A DNA stretch of 64,000 nucleotides from Myxococcota bacterium (GTDB taxonomy: Bacteria > Myxococcota_A > UBA9160 > UBA6930): NCBI GenBank assembly GCA_965223415.1, contig OZ245002.1:2880001-2944000 (forward strand), written 5' to 3'. Below, piece after piece: positions 47,515 to 56,737 of this stretch; position 1 is the stretch's first letter; every line of letters begins with the position of its first letter. Both the position numbers and the translations under genes were made by a program. The notes beneath the pieces were generated by a model, which worked only from the letters and a program-made list of their open reading frames with translations, was not told where the DNA came from and made no database searches.

Positions 47515-48324
47515 CTACACCAGCTTCTCCGGGCTCTCCAGGTACGCCTTGATCCCCGCCAGCGTGATTCCGGCGTAGAGGCCGTCCTCGATGCGCTCGT
47601 CGTAGGAGTACCGGACGTGCATGACGCGCTTGCCGTCGGCGCGCTCGCGGACGCGGCCGAGCATGGCGAAGGCCGGGCAGGTGCCGTGCTCCCAGAGGTG
47701 GTGGTAGCCGGGGTCCATGTCGAGGGAGCCGAGGTTGGCGACGAAGACGGAGGTGAACATCGGATCGCCTTCGATCATCGAACGGGGGAGCAGGCCGAAG
47801 TGGTCGGCCAGGTGGATCAGGCCCATCACGCCCCGGATGAGCAAGGGAGGGAGGAGGCCCAGCGCGAGCTTCATCTCCTTGTCGCTGGCGGTCTTCTCGC
47901 CGCCGCGCTGGCGGGTGAGGCGGTCGAGCACCGCGTCGGTCATCTCGCCGAGTCCCTCGTCCTCGGCGAACTCCCGCTTCACGGTCAGGAGCTTCGCGCC
48001 GTCCACGATCTCCTGCTTGGCGCTGAAGGTGATCCACACGCCCTTGCGCTGCCACAGGCGGCCGCCGCTCGTGAAGCGATTGACGTGGGGACGCATGTGG
48101 AAGTGCATCGACAGGGAGCGGAGGTAGAGGTGGAAGAGCGTCATGCGGCGCTCGGGCGGACGCTTCGCGTTCCGCTCCTCCAGGAAACGCAAGGCAGTGT
48201 CCACTTCGATCTCGCTGTCGAAATAGACCAGCGATTCGTTCCGCCGAGGCGAGACGAAGGGCATGAAGCGACGCATGGTCGAGAGATCGCGCACCAGCGT
48301 GGCGTCGGCACGGCGTCCGAACAT
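47515..48324 (-). CDS. Stand-alone 2-oxoacid dehydrogenase E2 catalytic-domain-like acyltransferase
   Basis: RPHVNRF, FTSVFVANLGSL, SYDERIEDG. No lipoyl domain. Confidence 0.8.
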   Translation of the reverse strand: MFGRRADATLVRDLSTMRRFMPFVSPRRNESLVYFDSEIEVDTALRFLEERNAKRPPERRMTLFHLYLRSLSMHFHMRPHVNRFTSGGRLWQRKGVWITFSAKQEIVDGAKLLTVKREFAEDEGLGEMTDAVLDRLTRQRGGEKTASDKEMKLALGLLPPLLIRGVMGLIHLADHFGLLPRSMIEGDPMFTSVFVANLGSLDMDPGYHHLWEHGTCPAFAMLGRVRERADGKRVMHVRYSYDERIEDGLYAGITLAGIKAYLESPEKLV

Positions 48325-48518
48325 GAGGTCCTCCCGTTCTCCAGAACATAGAGCCGATGGGCCGGGCGGTCGCGGCGGCTGCCTTCCGGGCCTACCCCGG
48401 GTCGGCGGGAGATGGAGCCGGAGCTGCTCGTCGAGGGGCTGCCCTTCGACATCGCCTGGATCGCAGGCCGGTGCGCCGACGTCAACGTGGGCGAAGCGAA
48501 GCGCTAGCCGGGAGCGCC

Positions 48519-49427
48519 TCAGTCGTGGAGGTCGGGCTCCATGAAGAGCCAGCCGAGGTCCGGCACCTCCTCGCGGAGACGGCGCTCGAGGGCGTTGATG
48601 TGGGCGATCGCCTCGTTCAGGGGCAGACCGGGCGTCATACGCAGCTTCGCCGCCAGCATGATCTGCGGCCCGACCTGCAGGGTGATCACGTTGAAGATCT
48701 CGATGATGTCCGGATCGCGTTCGATCTCCCGGGCGATGACGGCCGCGATCTCGGGATCCGCGGAGCGACCGATCAGCAGCTTCGCGATTCGGAAGGCGAC
48801 GAACAGCGCGACGATCACGAGGAGCCCCCCGATCGCCATCGAGCCATAGGCGTCCCAGATCCCGTCGCCGGTGACGGTCGCGATGAGGACGAAGACGAAG
48901 GCGATCGCCAGGCCCGAGAGCGCCGCCAGGTCCTCGCCGAAGACCACGACCAGCTCGGAGTTGCGCGACTGGTTGAGCCAGCTCCAGAGGCTGCGGCCGT
49001 GGCGCACCTTCTCGACCTCGACCATGCAGCCTCGCATGCTGATCCCCTCGAGCACGATCGAGAAGGCGAGCACGAGGAGGGCCACCCAGGAGTTCTCGAT
49101 CGGTCCGGTCTCGTGGAGCTTGTGGTAGCCCTCGTAGAGGGAGAAGAGGCCGCCGATGCTGAAGAGCAGCATCGCGACGATGAAGCTCCAGAAGTAGGTC
49201 ACCTTGCCGTAGCCGAGCGGGTGCTCCGCATCCGCCGGCTTCTGGGCGCGCTTCAGACCGAGCAGCAGCAGGAGCTGGTTGCCCGAGTCGGCGTAGGAGT
49301 GGATCGCCTCGGCCGTCATGCTCGAAGAGCCCGTGGAGACGGCGGCGGCCGTCTTCGCAATGGCGATGCCCGCGTTCGCGAAGAACGCGTAGAGGATGGC
49401 CTTGATCGGATTGCTGCCACCTGCCAT
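48519..49427 (-). CDS. Cation diffusion facilitator (CDF) transporter
   Basis: AEAIHSYADSGNQ, HPLGYGK, FSLYEG, EDLAAL, FMEPD. Confidence 0.93.
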   Translation of the reverse strand: MAGGSNPIKAILYAFFANAGIAIAKTAAAVSTGSSSMTAEAIHSYADSGNQLLLLLGLKRAQKPADAEHPLGYGKVTYFWSFIVAMLLFSIGGLFSLYEGYHKLHETGPIENSWVALLVLAFSIVLEGISMRGCMVEVEKVRHGRSLWSWLNQSRNSELVVVFGEDLAALSGLAIAFVFVLIATVTGDGIWDAYGSMAIGGLLVIVALFVAFRIAKLLIGRSADPEIAAVIAREIERDPDIIEIFNVITLQVGPQIMLAAKLRMTPGLPLNEAIAHINALERRLREEVPDLGWLFMEPDLHD

Positions 49428-49438
49428 GGGGCGGAAGT

Positions 49439-50362
49439 CTACGCCTTCTTCCGCTTCTTCGCGGGCAAGCGGACCGCGTCGTCCCACGCGGGAGATTCGA
49501 GCACCTCGACCATGTAGTCGATGAACGCACGCACCTTGGGGGAGAGGTGACGGTTGGCGGGATAGACCGCCCAGAAGCCGGCCTCGCGCTCGCTCGTGTC
49601 GTCCACGAGGAGCGGGACGAGCCGGCCGGCGCGAAGCTGGTCGGCGACCAGGAACACCGGGAGGTAGACGATCCCCGCGCCCGCCAGGGCCGCCTGGAGC
49701 AGCGCGTCGCCGTTGTCGATATTGAGTCGGCCGTGGGTCGTGACCTTGCGGCCGCCGTTGAAGTTCCACGTGTCCGGGGGCGGGGCGTAGCCCAGACACT
49801 CGTGGTCCTCGAGGTCTTCCGGCGCCCGCGGCGTCCCGTGGTCCTTCAGGTAGGTCGGCGAGGCGCACACGACGGCATGGACCGAGGCGAGGCGCCGCGC
49901 GACCAGGCTCGAATCCCGCAGCGTGCCGACCCGCAGGGCGAGGTCGAACTTCTCGCGCACCAGGTCGATCATCCGATCGGTGAGATCCAGGTCGATCCGC
50001 ACCTCCGGGTGGCGCTCCAGGAAGCCGGGCAGGAGGGGCGCGAGCTGGCGCTGACCGAAGGACATCGGTGCGGCGATGCGGATCTCGCCGCGGGGCTCCG
50101 CCTGGAGCTCGCTCACCGAGAGCTCGGCGAGCTCCGCCTCCTCGACCACCCGCTGGCAACGGGCGTGGAAGGCCTCGCCGATCTCGGTGAGGCTCATGGT
50201 CCGCGTGGTGCGCCGCAGGAGCTGGGCGCCGAGACGCTTCTCGAGGGCCGCGATCTCCTTGCTCACGGCGGCCTTCGATCGGCCCAGGTGCTTGGCGGCC
50301 GCCGTGAAGCTGCCCCGGGCCACCACCTCGTGGAAGACGAGCATGGCGGCGGTGTTCTGCAT
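49439..50362 (-). CDS. LysR-family regulator (CrgA/DmlR-like)
   Basis: GSFTAAA...LEKRLGAQLLRRTTR..LTEIG, PKVRAFID. Confidence 0.95.
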   Translation of the reverse strand: MQNTAAMLVFHEVVARGSFTAAAKHLGRSKAAVSKEIAALEKRLGAQLLRRTTRTMSLTEIGEAFHARCQRVVEEAELAELSVSELQAEPRGEIRIAAPMSFGQRQLAPLLPGFLERHPEVRIDLDLTDRMIDLVREKFDLALRVGTLRDSSLVARRLASVHAVVCASPTYLKDHGTPRAPEDLEDHECLGYAPPPDTWNFNGGRKVTTHGRLNIDNGDALLQAALAGAGIVYLPVFLVADQLRAGRLVPLLVDDTSEREAGFWAVYPANRHLSPKVRAFIDYMVEVLESPAWDDAVRLPAKKRKKA

Positions 50363-50371
50363 TCGGGCTTC

Positions 50372-50387
50372 GTTTCCCACTGGAAAC
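50372..50387. promoter_or_regulatory. Probable LysR operator
   Basis: Palindrome GTTTCC-cact-GGAAAC containing T-N11-A, in the divergent intergenic region. Confidence 0.55.
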
Positions 50388-50461
50388 AATCATATCGTGA
50401 TGACCCTATTGTCTCCATAGCTGCACCCACCGATGCTGCTCTCATCGCGCCCCGGAGACCC

Positions 50462-50857
50462 ATGATGTTCCGATCCCTTCGAGCCCCGTTCACGATCCTG
50501 GCGCTCACCGCCCTTCTGGCCGCGCCGAGCACGGGCCAGAGCCTGGCCACCCCCCGCGCCGCTCTCGTGGTGCTGCCGGCGGTCGCCGGCCAGCGCGCCG
50601 CGGTGCCCGCCGACCAGCGGGTCGTCTTCCGCAACGACGCGGAGCAGACCACCCGGGTCGTCTTCCACCGCCGGGACGCGAAGCGCGTTCGCTGCGATGG
50701 GGCCGTGGGGGTGAGCCGCTCCCGGGCGGGCCAGTACACGGTGCAGCCCGGAGCCGAGCTGCTCTGCTCCCTCGAGCCCGGCGGCTACCGCTACGAGACC
50801 CTGACGTCGGTGCACGGCGCGATCGAGCGCGAGAGGGCGCGCATCGACGCACGCTGA
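50462..50857 (+). CDS. Hypothetical secreted protein (cupredoxin-like pattern)
   Basis: Signal peptide and VVFRND...VQPG...EPGGYRY beta-sandwich pattern. Confidence 0.65.
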   Translation: MMFRSLRAPFTILALTALLAAPSTGQSLATPRAALVVLPAVAGQRAAVPADQRVVFRNDAEQTTRVVFHRRDAKRVRCDGAVGVSRSRAGQYTVQPGAELLCSLEPGGYRYETLTSVHGAIERERARIDAR

Positions 50858-50862
50858 CCCGA

Positions 50863-51543
50863 CTACTGGAGCAGCGGAGCCAGGGCCTGCCAGACCGTCT
50901 CCGCGACGATCTGCTGCCCCTCCGCAGTCGGGTGGATGCCGTCGGCCTGGTTCAACGCCGGGTCGGCGGCCACCCCCTCCAGCAGGAAGGGGATGCGGAC
51001 GGCGCCCTGGGACCTGGCGAACTCCTCGAAGGTCGCCTCGAATGCGGCGCCGTAGTCCGGGCCCAGGTTCGGCGCTGCGCGCATCCCCGCCACGATCAGC
51101 CGGGCCCCGGGATGGGCGGTGCGGGTCTTGTCGGCGATCCCGCGCAGGTTGGCCCGCAGGGCCGGAACGTCCAGACCGCGGAGCATGTCGTTGGCCCCGA
51201 GCTCGATCACGAGCACGGCCAGCGGGAGGCGCAGCAGCCAGTCGAGCCGGCGCAGGCCGCCCGCCGAGGTATCGCCGCTGACGCCCGCGTTCACCACCCG
51301 ATAGGCGAGGCCGGCCCGGTCGATGCGCTCCTGGAGGAGGGCGGGGTAGGCCTCCTCCGCCGGCAGGCCGTAGCCGGCGGTAAGGCTGGTTCCGAGGAAC
51401 GCGATCACCGGTCGCGAATCCGCGCGGGCCTGCGGCTCGGACGAGGGCGCAGGCGCACCGCGAGGAGCCCCGTCGCCACAGGCGAGAAGCCATGCGACGA
51501 GCCACGCCAGCCAGTAACGTTGCCTGCGCGTTGCCCCGTGCAT
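50863..51543 (-). CDS. tesA: Arylesterase/thioesterase I (GDSL/SGNH)
   Basis: LGTSLTAGYG, NAGVSGDTS, ELGAND, DGIHP. Lipobox-like LLAC. Confidence 0.92.
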   Translation of the reverse strand: MHGATRRQRYWLAWLVAWLLACGDGAPRGAPAPSSEPQARADSRPVIAFLGTSLTAGYGLPAEEAYPALLQERIDRAGLAYRVVNAGVSGDTSAGGLRRLDWLLRLPLAVLVIELGANDMLRGLDVPALRANLRGIADKTRTAHPGARLIVAGMRAAPNLGPDYGAAFEATFEEFARSQGAVRIPFLLEGVAADPALNQADGIHPTAEGQQIVAETVWQALAPLLQ

Positions 51544-52231
51544 GCCGATGATCGTCGCCAGGAATCTTGCCCAGCGCTACCCGCGCGCTGACGGCTCGCC
51601 GTTGACCGTGCTCGAAGACGTCGACCTCGACGTGGACGAGGGCGAGGTAGTGGTCGTCCTCGGCCCCTCCGGAAGTGGCAAGACGACCTTGCTCGGCCTG
51701 CTGGCCGGGCTCGACCTGCCGAGCGAGGGAAGCGTCACCCTTGCCGGCATCGACCAGGGTGCGCTCAGCGAGGACGAACGCGCCAGCTTCCGCGCAGAGC
51801 ACGTCGGCTTCGTGTTCCAGAACTTCCAGCTGATCCCGACGCTCACGGCCCACGAGAACGTGCGGGTGCCGCTCGAGCTCCTGCCGGAGGCGCGGGCGCC
51901 GGGTGCGCCGGAGGCCGAAGCCCGCGCCGACGCCCTGCTCGCGCGGGTCGGCCTGGCGGAGCGCACCGACCACTTCCCGAGCCAGCTCTCCGGCGGCGAG
52001 CAGCAGCGGGTCGGGCTGGCCCGCGCCTTCGCCGCCGAGCCGGCGGTGCTGTTCGCCGACGAGCCCACGGGCAACCTCGACCGGGCCACCGGAGAGCGCG
52101 TGGCGGACCTCCTGTTCGAGCTGAACCGGGAGGCCGGCACGACCCTCGTCATCGTCACCCACGACATGGCGCTGGCCGAACGCGCCGGCCGCGTCGTGCG
52201 TCTCGAGGCGGGGCGGGTCCAGGCCCCGTGA
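51542..52231 (+). CDS. ybbA: ABC transporter ATP-binding protein (YbbA/LolD-like)
   Basis: GPSGSGKTT, LSGGEQQRV, FADEPTGNLD, VTHD. Confidence 0.93.
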   Translation: MPMIVARNLAQRYPRADGSPLTVLEDVDLDVDEGEVVVVLGPSGSGKTTLLGLLAGLDLPSEGSVTLAGIDQGALSEDERASFRAEHVGFVFQNFQLIPTLTAHENVRVPLELLPEARAPGAPEAEARADALLARVGLAERTDHFPSQLSGGEQQRVGLARAFAAEPAVLFADEPTGNLDRATGERVADLLFELNREAGTTLVIVTHDMALAERAGRVVRLEAGRVQAP

Positions 52232-54774
52232 GCCGGCGCTTCGTCCCGGCGATGACCGCTCGCGAGCTGCGCGGCTCCGGGCGACGGCTCGCCCTGTACG
52301 GCGCCTGCATGGCGCTCGGCATCGCGGCCCTGGTGGCCCTCTCGGGGCTGCGCGTCTCGATCGCCGACGCGGTGGCGGGACGCGCACGGGAGCTGATGGG
52401 CGCGGATCTGATGCTCCGCGCCCGCACGCCCTTCTCCGAGCCGGTCGAGGCGGAGATCGCCCGGCTCACGCAGGACGGCGGCGCCGTCTCGCGGGTGACG
52501 AGCTTCGCGTCCATGGCGCTGGCCGAACGCTCGGGGCGCAGCCGGCTGGTGCACGTCCAGGCGCCGGAGCCGGGCTTTCCCTTCCACGGCGAGGTGCGGA
52601 CGGATCCGCCGGACCAGTGGTCGCGTCTGGCCGAGGGCGCCCATGCGGTGGTGGACCCGGCCGTGCTCATCCAGCTCGACGCGGAGGTGGGCGACCTGCT
52701 GCGGGTCGGCCGTGAGCGGTTCACGATCCTGGGCGTGGCGACGCGGGCGCCGGGGACCTTCGGCCTGCGCGCGTCGGTGGCGCCGCGGGTGTTCATCCCG
52801 GCGAGCCGGCTCGAGGCGACGGGCCTGGTCCAGCAGGGCTCGATGGTCGAGTACCTGGCCTACCTGCGCGCCGGGGGAGACCTGGACGGCTGGGCTCGGG
52901 AGAAGCGCTCGTTCCTGGAAGCCGAGCGGACCACGGCCCGAACCGTGAGCCGCTACCAGGACGACCTCTCCGAGAGCTTCGGTGCGCTCACCCGCTACCT
53001 CGGGCTGGTCGGCCTGACGGCGCTCTTGCTAGGCGGCGTGGGTGTGGCGGCGGGCATCCGTGTGTTCGTGCAGGAGAAGCTCGACACCGCGGCGGTGCTT
53101 CGCGCACTGGGAGCACGCTCCGGCGAGGTAATGCGCGTCTACCTGGGCCAGGCGGCGGTGCTGGGCCTGGCCGGCGGCGCCCTCGGCGTGGCGCTGGGCT
53201 ACGGCGTGCAGGCGCTCCTGCCGAGGGTGCTGGCGGGCTTCCTGCCCGTGGCGCTTCCCTTCCGGCCGGATCCGTGGGTCGGCGCGCTCGGCTTCGCCCT
53301 GGGACTCGGTGTGGCGGTGGTGTTCGCGGCGTGGCCGCTCCTCGAGCTGCGGGAGGTGGCGCCCCTGCGGGCCCTGCGTCGGGACGTGGAGCCCCGCGCC
53401 GCGGGCGCGATGCCCACGCCGTGGGTGCCCGTGCTGCTCGCGGCGGCGCTGCTGGGCGCTGCCTTGTGGCAGGCGCCGACGCCGAAGGTCGGCCTGGCCT
53501 TCGGCGCGGGGCTGTTGGCGGCGCTCGGCGTCCTGGCCGGGGCGGCGCGGGGGCTGATCGGCGCGCTTCGTCGCCACGTTCCCCGCAGCGCGCCCTATTG
53601 GCTGCGGCAGGGCGTCGCGAACCTCTTCCGCCCCAAGAACCAGACCCTGCCGACGACACTGACCATCGGCTTCGGCCTCTTCCTCGTCGCGAGCGTGCAG
53701 CTCCTGCAGACGAACCTGCTCTCGGAGCTCCGGGACGACGCGGCACCGGACCGCCCGAACCTGGTGCTCTTCGACGTGCAGCGGGACCAGCGCGACGCGG
53801 TCGTCGGACTGCTGGAGGAGCGCGGCGTGCGCCTCGACGACCGCGCGCCGATGGTGGCGGCCCGCATCGCGGGCATCGACGGGCGCACGGCGGAGACGGT
53901 GCTCGCCGAGCGCGGCCGCGAGGCACCTCGGAACGAGGAAGAGCGCGACGCCCGCTGGGCCCTTCGCCGTGAGTACCGCCTCACCTATCGCGCCGACCTC
54001 AAGGAGACGGAAGAGGTGGTGGAGGGCCGCTGGTGGAACGAGGCGGCGAGCGGGGACGCTCCGACGCCGGTCTCCATCGAGCGCGAGCTAGCGGAGACCC
54101 TGGGCGTCTCCGTCGGCGACCGGGTGCAGTGGGACGTGCAGGGCGTGCCGATCGAGAGCGTCGTGACCAGCCTGCGCGAGGTGGACTGGGGCCGCTTCGC
54201 GACGAACTTCTTCGTCGTGTTCCCGCCGGGCGTGCTCGAGGAGGCGCCCCAGAGCATCGTGCTCATCGGCCACCTGCCGGGCGAGGAGGCCCGGGCGGTC
54301 CTCCAGCGGGATCTCGTCGGGCGCTTCCCGAACCTGAGCGTCCTCGACGCGACGCAGCTGCTGCGCGCCGTCGACACGATCGTGCGTCAGGTGAGCCTGG
54401 CGGTGCGCTTCATGGCCGCTTTCACCCTGGCGACGGGCCTGGTGGTGCTGCTCGCCGCCGCGAGCACCGCGCGCTTCCAGCGCGTGCGCGAAGCACTGTT
54501 GCTGCGCACCCTGGGCGGCCGCGCCCGAACCCTGCGGCGCATCCTCACCACCGAGTCCTTCCTGCTGGGTGCCCTGGCCGCGACCGTCGGCCTGGGCCTG
54601 GCGGGCATGGCCGCCTGGGCCCTCGTCATCTTCCTCTTCGAGCAGCCCTTCCGGCTGCCGGTGACGGACCTGGCCGCCCTCTGGCTCGCGACGGTCCTCC
54701 TCGCCACCGCCCTCGGCTGGAGCCACGCCCGCCCCGTCCTGCGCAGCCCACCCCTCGCCGGCCTCCGCGAATGA
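52228..54774 (+). CDS. ybbP: ABC transporter permease, MacB/FtsX type (YbbP-like)
   Basis: Duplicated FtsX architecture, PNLVLFDVQ, LREVDW...NFFVVF. Context tesA/ybbA. Confidence 0.9.
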   Translation: MSRRFVPAMTARELRGSGRRLALYGACMALGIAALVALSGLRVSIADAVAGRARELMGADLMLRARTPFSEPVEAEIARLTQDGGAVSRVTSFASMALAERSGRSRLVHVQAPEPGFPFHGEVRTDPPDQWSRLAEGAHAVVDPAVLIQLDAEVGDLLRVGRERFTILGVATRAPGTFGLRASVAPRVFIPASRLEATGLVQQGSMVEYLAYLRAGGDLDGWAREKRSFLEAERTTARTVSRYQDDLSESFGALTRYLGLVGLTALLLGGVGVAAGIRVFVQEKLDTAAVLRALGARSGEVMRVYLGQAAVLGLAGGALGVALGYGVQALLPRVLAGFLPVALPFRPDPWVGALGFALGLGVAVVFAAWPLLELREVAPLRALRRDVEPRAAGAMPTPWVPVLLAAALLGAALWQAPTPKVGLAFGAGLLAALGVLAGAARGLIGALRRHVPRSAPYWLRQGVANLFRPKNQTLPTTLTIGFGLFLVASVQLLQTNLLSELRDDAAPDRPNLVLFDVQRDQRDAVVGLLEERGVRLDDRAPMVAARIAGIDGRTAETVLAERGREAPRNEEERDARWALRREYRLTYRADLKETEEVVEGRWWNEAASGDAPTPVSIERELAETLGVSVGDRVQWDVQGVPIESVVTSLREVDWGRFATNFFVVFPPGVLEEAPQSIVLIGHLPGEEARAVLQRDLVGRFPNLSVLDATQLLRAVDTIVRQVSLAVRFMAAFTLATGLVVLLAAASTARFQRVREALLLRTLGGRARTLRRILTTESFLLGALAATVGLGLAGMAAWALVIFLFEQPFRLPVTDLAALWLATVLLATALGWSHARPVLRSPPLAGLRE

Positions 54775-54856
54775 AGAAGCGGGGCCAGAGTTAAGAATTC
54801 AGTTACCCCCCGAAGGGGGGTAACTGAATTCTTAACTCTGGCCCCGCTTCTTCATT
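54770..54856. repeat. Perfect palindrome (42-bp arms, GAA loop), REP/REPIN-like, family A
   Basis: AATGAAGAAGCGGGGCCAGAGTTAAGAATTCAGTTACCCCCC-gaa-reverse complement. Shares CGGGGCCAGAGTTAAGAAT with the 40580 element. Confidence 0.92.
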
Positions 54857-56209
54857 TCAGCGGCGGGCGCGGCATTCTGCGAGGCCGGTGGGGGGGCTCG
54901 TCAGGGGCTGCACACCGGCGGGGAAGTCGCCGGGGAGCTGCTTGGTGAGGATCTCGCTGCGCCGCATCTCGGCCCGGCGAAGCGGGTCGTCCTGGCCATC
55001 GGGCTGGCGGAGGGGGTCGGCCTCGCCGAGGCCCACGGCACGCGAGCGCCTCAGGAAGAGCTCCTGCGCATCGGGGTCAGCGGCGAGCTGCTCCGCGATG
55101 TAGGAGCGCACCTCCCAGGCCCGGAGCTCCGACAGGCACTGGTTGTAGCCGGCCGTGTCGATCGGGTCCGTGCGGCCCGTGATGAAGATGGGCTCGTCCG
55201 GGTTCCGACGCAGGGCGTCGGTGATCTTCGGCAGGAAGGCCCGCAGCTGGCGGGGGCCGAGAGCGTCGGGGCAGGGCCCGGGGCGTTCCTCGCGTTGGCG
55301 GTTCGCCGCCAGGCTCTCGGCGTAGGCCTCCGCCGCGTCGCTCGCCGAGCGCACGTAACACAGCGAGTACTGGTTGAACAGGAAGTTCAGGGAGAAGGTG
55401 ATGCCCGGGCCCGTCGGCACGCTGGGCGCCACGTCCCCCGGACCGAGCATCACATCGCGCACCAGCTGCAGGACGCCAGCACCGTCGCCGCCCCCGGCGG
55501 CCGGCGCGAGCTCCTCGCCCTTCCGGAAGCCGCCGCACGCGGTCAGCGCCCCGAGGTCGCGCATCAGCTTCTCACCGGAAACCTCGTCCGTCGGCAGGTC
55601 CTGTCCGACGTGCACCGCCCACAGGCACACCTCGCCAGCGCTCTCCTGCACGAGGGCCTTGGCGACGTCGATCGCCTCCTGCTGCAAGGCTTCGTTGGGG
55701 CCGCTCCCGTTGTCGCCGAGGCCGTCGCTGAAGATCACCACGGCCTTGCGCAGCTCACCGGCGCCCACCGCATCGTGAGAGAGACGCAGCACGTAGGGAA
55801 TCGGCGTGAAGGTCTCGGTGCGGGAGGCGAAGCCGTCCGCATCGGCGCGCAGCGTCGCCGGGTCGTAGGGCGCCGCGGCGGGGACACCGGGCAGGAACGA
55901 AGTCGAGCGGAAGCCCGTGAACGAGGCCAGGTAGTCCGTCGGCGCGCCGGAGCGGGTGGGTGCGTCCGGCGAGGGCAGGCCGGCGACGAAGGACCTCGCG
56001 AGCTGGGAGCCCAGCGAGAAGCTCCCGCGGTCGTGCATCGTGCCCGAGCCGTCGAGTAGGACCACGGCCTGGTTCGTGATGCGCACCTCCGCATCCCCGA
56101 TCTCCACCGGCGACGTGACGAGTCCGGGCAGCTCGGGCGGCGGCACGGGCGTCGCGCAGGCGAGCGCCAACGCGAGCAGCGGCGGGAAGGTGCGGACACG
56201 GGCGTGCAT
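54857..56209 (-). CDS. vWA-domain + OmpA-like peptidoglycan-binding lipoprotein
   Basis: Lipobox LALAC, MIDAS-like LLDGSGTM and VIFSDG, C-terminal ITGRTD...YNQCLSELRA...RRSEI. Confidence 0.85.
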   Translation of the reverse strand: MHARVRTFPPLLALALACATPVPPPELPGLVTSPVEIGDAEVRITNQAVVLLDGSGTMHDRGSFSLGSQLARSFVAGLPSPDAPTRSGAPTDYLASFTGFRSTSFLPGVPAAAPYDPATLRADADGFASRTETFTPIPYVLRLSHDAVGAGELRKAVVIFSDGLGDNGSGPNEALQQEAIDVAKALVQESAGEVCLWAVHVGQDLPTDEVSGEKLMRDLGALTACGGFRKGEELAPAAGGGDGAGVLQLVRDVMLGPGDVAPSVPTGPGITFSLNFLFNQYSLCYVRSASDAAEAYAESLAANRQREERPGPCPDALGPRQLRAFLPKITDALRRNPDEPIFITGRTDPIDTAGYNQCLSELRAWEVRSYIAEQLAADPDAQELFLRRSRAVGLGEADPLRQPDGQDDPLRRAEMRRSEILTKQLPGDFPAGVQPLTSPPTGLAECRARR

Positions 56210-56283
56210 GGGTGTGGCCCTCCGACGGTTGCCAAATAGGGTGTCAACTCGACGGCGCCGTGGAAAGGGAGAGCCGGACCGTC

Positions 56284-56640
56284 CTAGAACTGCCAGCGGC
56301 CGTCCGCGAATGGGAACAAATGCCGCATCGGGCGGGTGTGGAGCAGGCGACATCCCGCAGAGCGGCCCTGCGGGCACTCGTACCTGGAGCGCTCGTAGTG
56401 GAGGACTCCCAGGTAGGGCAGCAGGGGGTCGCCGGTCTCCTCGATCTCGATGCGATAGGAGCCGCTGAACCGCCAGATCGGAGCGCCACCGGTGCGAGCG
56501 CGCTCCATCCACCTCTCTGCGAAGCTCGCGAACGAGCGCGTCACCTCCTGGGGCGACGGAATGGCGGTGGACGCCGCCGCATCGGTGGCGCCGGCCCAGG
56601 CGAGCAGGAGCAGAGCGGGCAGGGCACGGTGGAGCAACAT
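56284..56640 (-). CDS. Hypothetical secreted protein
   Basis: Signal peptide, a Cys pair and natural composition. Confidence 0.65.
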   Translation of the reverse strand: MLLHRALPALLLLAWAGATDAAASTAIPSPQEVTRSFASFAERWMERARTGGAPIWRFSGSYRIEIEETGDPLLPYLGVLHYERSRYECPQGRSAGCRLLHTRPMRHLFPFADGRWQF

Positions 56641-56737
56641 GAACGGGGATCCCTCCCGAGGATCGGCTCGGCGGCCGGGGGAGCGGCGGCCCCAGGTTAG
56701 CGCGAACCGGCGGGCCGAGATCCCCTACGCTCGCTTC

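Noticed and set aside
48412..48507. 31-aa ORF MEPELLVEGLPFDIAWIAGRCADVNVGEAKR
   Set aside because: Too short, no properly spaced SD and no recognisable motif. It may be a gene remnant.
56229..56247. Sigma54 promoter upstream of the vWA-OmpA gene
   Set aside because: TTGACACCCTATTTGGC lacks the invariant -24 GG and a correctly spaced -12 GC.
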